64,000 bases of DNA from Bacteroidota bacterium. GTDB taxonomy: Bacteria; Bacteroidota; Bacteroidia; Flavobacteriales_D; Crocinitomicaceae. Positions 19,622-27,661 of this stretch are shown here, piece after piece; the stretch's first letter is position 1; each line of letters opens with the position of its first letter. The stretch lies in the NCBI GenBank assembly GCA_039795265.1, contig JBDKEM010000016.1, forward strand, positions 53,106 to 117,105, written 5' to 3'. The notes beneath the pieces are model-generated. The model did no database searches, was not told the origin of the DNA, and was given only the letters and a program-made list of their open reading frames with translations. A program made the translations under genes and the position numbers.

Positions 19622-19693
19622 TAGCCCATAGGAGAATCGAACTCCTGTTTCCAGGATGAAAACCTGGCGTCCTAACCACTAGACGAATGGGCC
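19622..19693 (-). tRNA. tRNA-Glu (anticodon TTC), copy 1
   Basis: The reverse complement reads GGCCCAT TC GTCT AGTGGTT AGGAC G CCAGG-TTTTCAT-CCTGG AAAC AGGAG TTCGATT CTCCT ATGGGCT A. Confidence 0.9.
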
Positions 19694-19710
19694 GTTGTTC
19701 AACGGTTTTG

Positions 19711-19782
19711 TAGCCCATAGGAGAATCGAACTCCTGTTTCCAGGATGAAAACCTGGCGTCCTAACCACTAGACGAATGGGCC
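19711..19782 (-). tRNA. tRNA-Glu (anticodon TTC), copy 2, identical to copy 1
   Basis: The 72-nt sequence is identical to 19622..19693, separated from it by a 17-nt spacer. Confidence 0.9.
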
Positions 19783-19813
19783 GAGATGTCAAAGTCCCTC
19801 AATTTTGGGAGTG

Positions 19814-19843
19814 CAAATATACGCTGTTTTTTATTTCGTCAAA
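19814..19843 (-). promoter_or_regulatory. Candidate Bacteroidota-type promoter for the tRNA-Glu/tRNA-Glu/rpsT/tRNA-Val transcription unit
   Basis: On the minus strand: TTTG (19843-19840), an 18-nt spacer, then TAtaTTTG (19821-19814). This matches the -33 TTTG / -7 TAnnTTTG consensus described for Bacteroides sigma-A and lies about 31 nt upstream of the first tRNA-Glu 5' end. Confidence 0.3.
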
Positions 19844-19986
19844 CTTTTTCGTCAATTTTCCTAACTTTTTTTTTGATTTTTATATTAAATACTCATTCAC
19901 AGTGTCAAAATTACGTTTTTTAACAACTTTAGTCTTTGGGTTTCGTCTAAAATGCGCAACTTTGCAATTCGAAAAAGCTATAACTT

Positions 19987-20868
19987 TTGAATAAGCAAAC
20001 AATTTGGTTTCTCATCAATCCCATTTCTGGGGTAAAAAGAAAGGATAATATTCCTTCGCTTATTCAAACACATTTGGATCATACGAAATTCGATGCGACC
20101 ATAAAATTCACAGAGTATAAAGGTCATGCCATAGAGTTAACTAAAACCGCGATTGAGTGTGGTATAGATATAGTATGTGCAGTTGGAGGAGATGGTTCTG
20201 TTCACGAGGTGGGGACAACTTTGATTGGTTCGAAAACGCGTTTGGCAATTCTACCTGTAGGTTCTGGAAATGGTTTGGCGCGTCACATGCACATACCAAC
20301 AAACGTAGTTAAGGCCATCGAATGTATCAATGCCTCGACAGAAATTGTAATGGATACTGTATTAGTGAACGATCAACCTTTTCTCGGAGTCGGTGGTTAT
20401 GGTTTAGATGCTGTAATTGCAAAACGTTTTGATGAGGATAAAAAACGTGGGCTTTGGACTTACGTAAAACACGTTCTTCGCGAATTTTTTAAATACAATC
20501 CAATCAATGTTTCCGTAGATACAAACGGGCAAATCAAAAAAATGCCTGCTGTTTTGTGTACAATCGCCAATACCTCTGAGTTTGGAAATGGATTTCGCGT
20601 TTCTCCGAAGTCAGATGCAACGGATGGAAAATTGGAATTGTTCATTCTTAAACCTTTTGGATTTTGGCGAGTACCTGGATTGATTTATCAATTTTTTACT
20701 GGACGTTCGCATCAATCGCAGTTTGCCGAAGTCATTTCTTTCGAGAAAGCACGTATTAATGTGTCGGATAAAATTGCACATTACGATGGTGAACCAGTTC
20801 GGATCCAACAAGAATTGAACGTTCAAGTTGTACCGCATAGCTTACATATTCTAGTAGGAAATAAATAA
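19987..20868 (+). CDS. Diacylglycerol/lipid kinase family protein (YegS/BmrU-like)
   Basis: WFLINPISG at the N-terminus and the GGDGSVHEV nucleotide-binding motif. The start codon is TTG. Confidence 0.8.
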   Translation: MNKQTIWFLINPISGVKRKDNIPSLIQTHLDHTKFDATIKFTEYKGHAIELTKTAIECGIDIVCAVGGDGSVHEVGTTLIGSKTRLAILPVGSGNGLARHMHIPTNVVKAIECINASTEIVMDTVLVNDQPFLGVGGYGLDAVIAKRFDEDKKRGLWTYVKHVLREFFKYNPINVSVDTNGQIKKMPAVLCTIANTSEFGNGFRVSPKSDATDGKLELFILKPFGFWRVPGLIYQFFTGRSHQSQFAEVISFEKARINVSDKIAHYDGEPVRIQQELNVQVVPHSLHILVGNK

Positions 20869-20870
20869 TT

Positions 20871-21323
20871 ATGTCATTTATAGAAGCAAATTTGGAGACT
20901 TATTTACAATTGTTAAATAAGCTCGAAGAAACTCAATTGCCACTTTGGGGTAACATGTCTGCACAACGCATGGTTGAACATTTAACTGATAGCATCAACA
21001 TGGCTCGCGGTTTGGGTGAATATAATTTGAACCTTCCAGAGGAGAAAGCAGCTCATTTAAAAGCGTTTATTTATACCGATAAACCAATGGCGAAAAACAT
21101 TTCGGTGTCATTTGCTTTACCAGAGACTGCCTTGCGTAATGATTCTTTAGTTGATGCTATCGATGAATTTACTTTGGCTTGGGTGGATTTTGAAGAGGAA
21201 ATGGAAAATCAGCCTGATCGAAAAACGATGCATCCCTATTATGGTTTATTAAGCAATGAAGAATGGTTGTTGCTTCATGCTAAACATTTTACGCACCACA
21301 TTGAACAATTTGGTTTGCGTTAA
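20871..21323 (+). CDS. DinB-superfamily / DUF1569-like protein
   Basis: 150 aa. LPLWGNMSAQRMVEHLTDS near the N-terminus and a HAKHFTHHIEQFGL C-terminus, giving the His-triad spacing typical of DinB-like four-helix bundles. Confidence 0.5.
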   Translation: MSFIEANLETYLQLLNKLEETQLPLWGNMSAQRMVEHLTDSINMARGLGEYNLNLPEEKAAHLKAFIYTDKPMAKNISVSFALPETALRNDSLVDAIDEFTLAWVDFEEEMENQPDRKTMHPYYGLLSNEEWLLLHAKHFTHHIEQFGLR

Positions 21324-21621
21324 CCTTAATTTTTCATAGAAATAAGGAATAAATGACGACATTAATTTGTAAAGTGCTGTTTTACAAATTAAAATATCAG
21401 GGTTAGACTTGACATTTATAAAAACCAATTAGCTCAAATTTGGGTCATATAATTTATGTACTTAAAAAATACAAATTCTCTAACGTGTTGTTTTATTAAT
21501 TTTTATAAATCGTCAATACTGACGCTGAAGGTCAAGTATCATGACAATCTATTGACCAAGACCCTTTGGGCGAAAAATTTCAAGAATTTTCTGGGTTAAT
21601 TTCGACACAATTAATTTTGAT

Positions 21622-21674
21622 AAAAAAAAAGGTGATTTAAGGACTTGAGGTCAATAAATCACCTTTCTTTTTTT
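21622..21674. terminator. Bidirectional terminator hairpin, serving lon on the minus strand
   Basis: A 12-bp perfect stem, AAAGGTGATTTA (21628-21639) / TAAATCACCTTT (21655-21666), flanked by A9 on the left and CT7 on the right. It starts 7 nt after the lon stop. Confidence 0.6.
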
Positions 21675-21680
21675 AAAATA

Positions 21681-24122
21681 TTAGTTTACTGAAATCACCT
21701 TTGAGTCGGTAACTTTGTCCTTCAATAATGCCAAATCTAAAACTTCTTTCATTTTAGATACGTAATTGATTTGTAAACCTTTTAAATAATCTTGATTAAT
21801 ATCATCAACGTCTTGCTTGTTTTTTTCACATAGGATAAGTTCCTTAATTCCAGCGCGTTTTGCGGCCAATATTTTTTCCTTTATACCACCAACAGGTAAC
21901 ACTTCTCCACGCAAGGTGATTTCTCCCGTCATCGCTAAATTTTTCTTCACTTTTCGTTGGGTGAACAAAGAGGCCAAAGAAGTCAGCATGGTTACACCTG
22001 CACTAGGACCATCTTTCGGAGTTGCACCTTCTGGTACGTGAACATGTACGTTATGTTCGTCAAAAACCAGAGGATTTAAGTCGAGCCAATCCGCGTGAGA
22101 CTTCAAAAATTCCAATGCGATTATGGCGGATTCTTTCATGACATCACCCAAATTTCCTGTCAGTGTCAACTTACCTTTACCCTTCGTAATGCTTGATTCA
22201 ATGAATAGGATTTCACCGCCAACACTCGTCCAAGCCAATCCAGTTACAATTCCCGCAACGTCGTTGTTATCGTATTTTGTGCGTTGACGACCAGCTCCTA
22301 AAATGGTGAATAAATCTTCTTCTTTTATTTTTACGTCAAAAGTTTCTTCCATCGCAATTTGACGAGCACGGTTCCGAACGATTTTTGCAATCACTTTGTC
22401 CAAACCACGAACTCCAGATTCATTGGTATAGGCATCTACGACTTTTTCCAAAACTTTTTTGTCGATGGAAATATCTTTTTTGTCAATTCCATGCTCAGAA
22501 ATTTGTTTGGGTAATAAGTGACGTTTAGCGATTTCAATTTTTTCTTCTAAGGTATATCCGTTTACTTCAATAATCTCCATTCTGTCTCGAAGTGGACCTT
22601 GGATTTCAGCCAAACTATTAGCCGTAGCGATAAACAACACTTTAGAAAGGTCGTATTCTGTTTCAACGTAATTGTCGTAAAACGCATTGTTTTGTTCAGG
22701 ATCAAGTACTTCCAAAAGTGCCGAAGAAGGATCTCCGTGGTTACTTCGTCCTAATTTATCAATTTCATCGAGAACAAAGACAGGATTAGAAGTTTCCGCT
22801 TTTTTAATGTTTTGCATAATACGTCCGGGCATAGCTCCGATATACGTTTTACGATGACCGCGGATTTCGGATTCATCGTGCAAACCACCCAACGACATAC
22901 GAATATATTTTCGTCCTAAAGCTTCAGCAATGGATTTCCCGAGCGATGTTTTTCCAACTCCTGGAGGCCCATAAAAGCACAATATTGGTGACTTCATATT
23001 GCCTTTTAACTTGAGAACTGCGAGGTATTCTAAAATGCGTTCTTTCACTTTCTCAAGACCAAAATGGTCGCGTTCCAATATTTTTTTCGCGCGATTTAGG
23101 TCTAAATTATCCACCGTGTATTCATTCCAAGGTAACTCGAGCAAAAGGGCAAGATAATTCAACTGTACAGAATATTCCGCACCCTGCGGATTCATCCGTT
23201 GTAACTTGTCTAATTCCTTAGTGAAGAGTTTATTAACTTCTTCATTCCATTTTTTCGTTTTCGCCTTTTCTTTCAGGTCTTTTGCATCTTGCAATTGTGG
23301 GTTATCTCCAAGCTCATCTTGGATTGTACGCATTTGTTGTTGCAGGAAATACTCACGTTGCTGTTTGTCTAAATCTCGTTTTACACGGTTTTGAATTTCA
23401 TTGCGCATTTCCAGCATTTGGACTTCCAAGGTGAGGTGTTCCATGACCATCATTACCCTTTTTTTCATGTCCATTTCTTCTAACATCTTTTGTTTCACTG
23501 CCACATCAGCATTCATGTTAGAGGATATAAAATTCACCAAAAAGCTTGGACTGTCAATATTTCCGATTGCAAATTGTGCTTCTGAAGGAATGTTTGGACT
23601 TTCACGTATGATTTGAAGCGCTAAATCTTTAATTGTTTGGAACATGATTTCCAATTCCTTACTATCACTATCAAAAGTAGGTTCCTTAAAAACGTTTACT
23701 TCGGCTTTTAAATACGGTTCCGTTTGAATTGGAGTTGTGATTTCAAAGCGACGTTTTCCTTGAATGATCACAGTAGAACTTCCATCAGGCATTTTCAACA
23801 TGCGTACGATTTGAGCTACTGTTCCAATTGCATGTAAATCATTGAATTCTGGCGTTTCTTCTTCTTGATTTTTTTGAGAAACTACACCGATTATTTTATT
23901 TCCTTTATTCGCGTCATTGATCAATTTGATGGATTTGTCACGCCCAACTGTGATGGGAATCACCACGCCTGGAAAAAGTACGTTGTTACGTAAAGGTAAT
24001 ATAGGCAATTGGTTTGGGAATTTTTGCTTATTCACATTTTCTTCCTCTTCTGCGGTAATTAGCGGAATGAACTCTGCATCGCCATCAATTCCCGTAAATT
24101 CTATCATTTCTAATTTATTCAT
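21681..24122 (-). CDS. lon: ATP-dependent Lon protease (endopeptidase La)
   Basis: 813 aa. LON N-domain, Walker A GPPGVGKTS, and the protease motif PKDGPSAGVTM with the catalytic Ser. Confidence 0.95.
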   Translation of the reverse strand: MNKLEMIEFTGIDGDAEFIPLITAEEEENVNKQKFPNQLPILPLRNNVLFPGVVIPITVGRDKSIKLINDANKGNKIIGVVSQKNQEEETPEFNDLHAIGTVAQIVRMLKMPDGSSTVIIQGKRRFEITTPIQTEPYLKAEVNVFKEPTFDSDSKELEIMFQTIKDLALQIIRESPNIPSEAQFAIGNIDSPSFLVNFISSNMNADVAVKQKMLEEMDMKKRVMMVMEHLTLEVQMLEMRNEIQNRVKRDLDKQQREYFLQQQMRTIQDELGDNPQLQDAKDLKEKAKTKKWNEEVNKLFTKELDKLQRMNPQGAEYSVQLNYLALLLELPWNEYTVDNLDLNRAKKILERDHFGLEKVKERILEYLAVLKLKGNMKSPILCFYGPPGVGKTSLGKSIAEALGRKYIRMSLGGLHDESEIRGHRKTYIGAMPGRIMQNIKKAETSNPVFVLDEIDKLGRSNHGDPSSALLEVLDPEQNNAFYDNYVETEYDLSKVLFIATANSLAEIQGPLRDRMEIIEVNGYTLEEKIEIAKRHLLPKQISEHGIDKKDISIDKKVLEKVVDAYTNESGVRGLDKVIAKIVRNRARQIAMEETFDVKIKEEDLFTILGAGRQRTKYDNNDVAGIVTGLAWTSVGGEILFIESSITKGKGKLTLTGNLGDVMKESAIIALEFLKSHADWLDLNPLVFDEHNVHVHVPEGATPKDGPSAGVTMLTSLASLFTQRKVKKNLAMTGEITLRGEVLPVGGIKEKILAAKRAGIKELILCEKNKQDVDDINQDYLKGLQINYVSKMKEVLDLALLKDKVTDSKVISVN

Positions 24123-24313
24123 TTCTTCCTTCTTTAGGTTTTATGACATTCTGACATATTTAACACCGAAATTCTCTTGGATGTTCGTCTGAATAGATGT
24201 GAGCCCTTATTGTCAACTGTTATGCCAACCTAAAATTAGTGAAAATTTGACTTAAAACTTCCTACGGTAAAATTTAAGTGTTTGAAAGTTTATAATTCAA
24301 TTAAACCTAAAAA

Positions 24314-25999
24314 TTAGTTGAAGCGAATCGCTTTTACGGGAGCAATTCTGGTAACAAACCAACTTGGTAAAAGCAATGAAATTACACAGACCAAAAACGT
24401 AATTAAATTGACAAGCGCCCAGCCTATAATCGTTAACTCCACCGGAACTTTATCTAAGAAATAAACTTTTGGATCTAAGGTAAATGGTTCAAAATACCAC
24501 TGTACAAAACACAAACCGAGACCAATCGCATTTCCAATCAGCATTCCGCGAACAATTAAATGTGCCGCTTGAAGGATGAATATTTTTCGAATACTCCAAT
24601 TACTCGCCCCTAATGCTTTGAATATTCCAATGAAGTTGGTCCGCATCACAATCAAAACTAATAATGCTGAACCAATATTAATGATTCCAATGACTAGCAT
24701 GAGAAGAATGATGATGTACACATTGTAATCCAAGAAACTTAACCAAACGAACAAATCCGGTTCACTTTCTTCAATGTTTATCACCTCAAGCAAATCCCCT
24801 TCTTTTGTTGGTCGCATTTCGCAAATATCCTCCAATTTTTGTTGCATCGCTTTTGTATTTCGCCAATCTGATAATTGCACCTCTATTGCACCGACAAATT
24901 CATTGGTTGTAGAAAACGTATTTTTCGTGGAAATCACTACTTTATCACCACTTCTTGTCGTCAATTCTGCGTTTCCGTTCGTGAGGAATTGGATTTTTAA
25001 ATTGCCTTCTTCGTCACGTGAAAGGTCAGTTGATTTTACATAAGGCAAATTTTTAGGACATTTTATAGCTAACTCCGCCGAAGCGATTTTTTTCGAACCG
25101 CCATAGACATCCGCTTGTAACATGTTGACTTTTAATAAGGTGTCTTGAAGGGTGTGTAAGTAGCAACCCGTGTACGTCGATAGTCCATTTCCCCAGTCGA
25201 AATAGGTATCTTCATCGTTTCCAGTTGATGTTGTTCGCACTACCAGAGCTCCATTCTGCGCCAAAGTGTCTGCCACAAAAATATCAATCGATGCTCCATA
25301 ATCGTTCAATTTTTGGACTTCTTCCAAAGGACAAAAAACCATTTTACGATCGTATTCTTCCAAGCCCGTATCGTAAATTCCAACTACGCGATATTGTCGT
25401 TTAACGGGTTGATTTTTAACGAAAAAGGCAACTACAGTGTCGTTTAAATTAAAGTGGAGTAGGGTAGAAATGCTTTCTGAAACGATGATTTCTTGTAGGT
25501 AATTTTTTGTATTTTTTGGAATTCTCCCTTCCTTTAAATGTTTTTTGATGAAGGTCCAATCGTAGTTTGTACTGACTCCTTTAAAGAGAACGCCTGAGAT
25601 TTCTTGTTGATTTTTTACAACTTCATTCTTTCCTTTTATCTTGATGGTGTTATCAAATTTTTGAGATTGTAACAATGCAGGTTTATAAGCCACATATTGA
25701 GCATTTGTAACACCTTCAATACTTTTGATTTCTTCTGAAAGTGGATCTTGTTTGTGAAAAGGTAAGGCTTCAAAAACGGAACTAAAACCTTTTTTTGTAA
25801 TTAAGAGAGGTGCGTTGAATCCAGAAACTTTGGAACGAATTTCGTTTTGAAAACCTGTTACAATTGCGACAGTTACCAAATTAACAACAATTGCAAGTGT
25901 AATACTAATGATGGAAATACGGATAATCGGTTTGGAAACGTTCGTACCTTGTCCGTTTTTTCGGATTAATCGATTCGCTATGAAAAATTCAACTGACAA
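24314..25999 (-). CDS. FtsX/LolE-family ABC transporter permease with enlarged periplasmic domain
   Basis: The N-terminus FFIANRLIRK..., TM1 at about aa 24-50, and a C-terminal FtsX 3-TM bundle from about aa 426. The TM1-TM2 loop is about 375 aa. The start codon is TTG. Confidence 0.75.
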   Translation of the reverse strand: MSVEFFIANRLIRKNGQGTNVSKPIIRISIISITLAIVVNLVTVAIVTGFQNEIRSKVSGFNAPLLITKKGFSSVFEALPFHKQDPLSEEIKSIEGVTNAQYVAYKPALLQSQKFDNTIKIKGKNEVVKNQQEISGVLFKGVSTNYDWTFIKKHLKEGRIPKNTKNYLQEIIVSESISTLLHFNLNDTVVAFFVKNQPVKRQYRVVGIYDTGLEEYDRKMVFCPLEEVQKLNDYGASIDIFVADTLAQNGALVVRTTSTGNDEDTYFDWGNGLSTYTGCYLHTLQDTLLKVNMLQADVYGGSKKIASAELAIKCPKNLPYVKSTDLSRDEEGNLKIQFLTNGNAELTTRSGDKVVISTKNTFSTTNEFVGAIEVQLSDWRNTKAMQQKLEDICEMRPTKEGDLLEVINIEESEPDLFVWLSFLDYNVYIIILLMLVIGIINIGSALLVLIVMRTNFIGIFKALGASNWSIRKIFILQAAHLIVRGMLIGNAIGLGLCFVQWYFEPFTLDPKVYFLDKVPVELTIIGWALVNLITFLVCVISLLLPSWFVTRIAPVKAIRFN

Positions 26000-27293
26000 T
26001 ATACGTTTTTTAAAACCTCAAAAGTACATATTCGTTTGCTTTTGCGTCTTCGGTTTTTTATACCTTTTGGGAAGTTGTGGATTTCGAAGAGAAAAAAATG
26101 GAAAAAACGAGGGGCTTTATTCTATTCTATCCAACAAAAGTCTCCAGCATGGAAGCTTGAAATTTATTACTTTAACTTATCCTCCAACAGAAAAGTTAAT
26201 TATCAATGGCGCTGACCAAATACACCTTATTTTGGACTCCTTAAAAGGAAAAAAAGTGGCTGTCGTTGGAAATCAAACTTCTGTAGTTGGAAAACGTCAT
26301 TTGGTAGATACATTATTGGCTTTGAAAGTGAATGTTGTGAAGGTATTTTCTCCGGAACATGGTTTTCGTGGAACAGTGGATGCAGGTGAAAAAGTCAATT
26401 CTTCAATTGATGCAAAGACTGGACTTCCATTGATTTCATTATACGGAGATCATAAAAAACCAAAGGAAAAAGATATAAGCGATGTGGACGTTTTTGTATT
26501 CGATATTCAAGATGTTGGCGCGCGATTTTACACTTACATATCCACCTTACATTATATCATGGAAGCGGCGGCTGAATCAAAGAAAAAGGTTTATTTGCTA
26601 GATCGGCCGAATCCAAATGGACATTATGTTGACGGTCCAGTTTTGGATACAAACTTTCGTTCTTTTGTTGGAATGCATCCCGTTCCGATTGTTTACGGTA
26701 TGACGATCGGTGAATATGCCAAGATGATAAATGGAGAAGGTTGGTTGAAAGGTAAAATCACATGTAATCTCCAAGTTGTTACATTACAAAATTACACGCA
26801 TCAATCTAGGGTGAAATTGACAATTCCGCCTTCACCGAATTTAAAAACCGCACGTGCCATAGAATTGTATCCGAGTTTATGTTTGTTTGAAGCTACAACA
26901 GTTAGTTTAGGTCGGGGGACGGACAAGCCATTTGAATTGTTCGGTCATCCTAAATTTCCGAATACTGGATTTTCATTTACCCCGAAACCTATGCCCGGTG
27001 CGCTTCAACCGCTTCAATTCAATGTGAAATGTAATGGTTTTGACCTGACCAATTCGGACAACGGAAAACGCCCAACACAGTTAAACTTGACCTATGTTTT
27101 AACCGCAGCTGAACATCTTGCAGATACCGCTGTGTTTATTGATCACAATTCTTTTTTTAATAAACTCGCTGGAAATAGTACTTTAAAAGACCAAATTCAT
27201 GAATGTTGGCGTGAAAATGAAATTCGTGCTACTTGGAAATCTGGTCTAGATACCTTTCTTTTAATTCGGAAGAAGTACTTGTTGTATCCGTGA
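25980..27293 (+). CDS. DUF1343-family protein (exo-beta-N-acetylmuramidase NamZ-like), lipoprotein
   Basis: The DIQDVGARFYTYISTL motif and overall pattern are those of DUF1343. The start is chosen at MKNSTDN..FLYLLGSC (a lipobox-like signal). The listed 25908 start adds 24 aa antisense to the neighbouring gene. Confidence 0.75.
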   Translation: MKNSTDNIRFLKPQKYIFVCFCVFGFLYLLGSCGFRREKNGKNEGLYSILSNKSLQHGSLKFITLTYPPTEKLIINGADQIHLILDSLKGKKVAVVGNQTSVVGKRHLVDTLLALKVNVVKVFSPEHGFRGTVDAGEKVNSSIDAKTGLPLISLYGDHKKPKEKDISDVDVFVFDIQDVGARFYTYISTLHYIMEAAAESKKKVYLLDRPNPNGHYVDGPVLDTNFRSFVGMHPVPIVYGMTIGEYAKMINGEGWLKGKITCNLQVVTLQNYTHQSRVKLTIPPSPNLKTARAIELYPSLCLFEATTVSLGRGTDKPFELFGHPKFPNTGFSFTPKPMPGALQPLQFNVKCNGFDLTNSDNGKRPTQLNLTYVLTAAEHLADTAVFIDHNSFFNKLAGNSTLKDQIHECWRENEIRATWKSGLDTFLLIRKKYLLYP

Positions 27294-27351
27294 GGAGAGT
27301 TTGGGAAAATAGGATGTTTGAACTTTCTGAGGGAATGTCCGCCGTGGCGGA

Positions 27352-27393
27352 GAGAATGAGAATGAGAATGAGAATGAGAAATGAGAGAATGAG
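27352..27393. repeat. Hexanucleotide microsatellite (GAGAAT)4 plus two degenerate units
   Basis: There are four perfect GAGAAT units at 27352-27375, followed by GAGAAAT, GAGAGAAT and GAG. The repeat is embedded between the GC-rich arms GTCCGCCGTGGCGGA and GGTTCGCGGCGGCGAAG. Confidence 0.9.
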
Positions 27394-27661
27394 GGTTCGC
27401 GGCGGCGAAGAGGGTAATTCGTTTTAAGTTCGATTATTGATAAGTTTTGGATCTGAGATTACAGAATTTCGTAATGAAAAGAATTTATTTTACAATTAGA
27501 TTGCAGTTATGATAATTGTAAGTTTTCATAGGTTTTTGAATGAAAAAGTGTTCGAATTACAGCGTTTATTTGGAAATAACGAATGATTTTAACTTATTTG
27601 AAAGAGCATAATTTCTTTTTATACACCGCTCGATGTATTTTTGAGGTCATAACGATACTAA

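Noticed and set aside
19590-19718. The N-terminal 43-aa extension of the rpsT ORF (listed as 19335..19718).
   Set aside because: The extension is the antisense translation of tRNA-Glu copy 1 and the spacer. The canonical S20 N-terminus MANHKSS starts at 19589.
19622-19782. Identical 72-nt direct repeats with a short spacer, considered as a possible CRISPR or other repeat array.
   Set aside because: There are only two copies, and each folds into a complete tRNA-Glu cloverleaf. No cas genes are present in the window.
19776-19994. A 72-aa plus-strand ORF.
   Set aside because: It starts inside tRNA-Glu copy 2, runs through the AT-rich divergent promoter region, and has an F/L-rich nonsense composition.
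21324-21680. The long intergenic regions (also 27428..27661 and 18608..18821), checked for housekeeping RNAs (SRP RNA, tmRNA, RNase P, 6S).
   Set aside because: A GTGCTGTTT string at ~21374 superficially recalls SRP RNA. However, the conserved GGAAGCAGCC-type domain IV, the tmRNA tag/TPsiC-arm and the RNase P P4 sequences are all absent.
25908-25979. The upstream start of the NamZ-like ORF (MMEIRIIGLETFVPCPFFRINRFA).
   Set aside because: These 24 codons are antisense to the conserved N-terminus of the FtsX-like gene. The Met at 25980 precedes a lipoprotein signal peptide.
27233-27427. A 64-aa ORF ending ..AERMRMRMRMRNERMRVRGGEEGNSF.
   Set aside because: It overlaps the 3' end of the NamZ-like gene. 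Its 'RM' repeat is simply the GAGAAT microsatellite read in frame, and there is no sign of a real protein.
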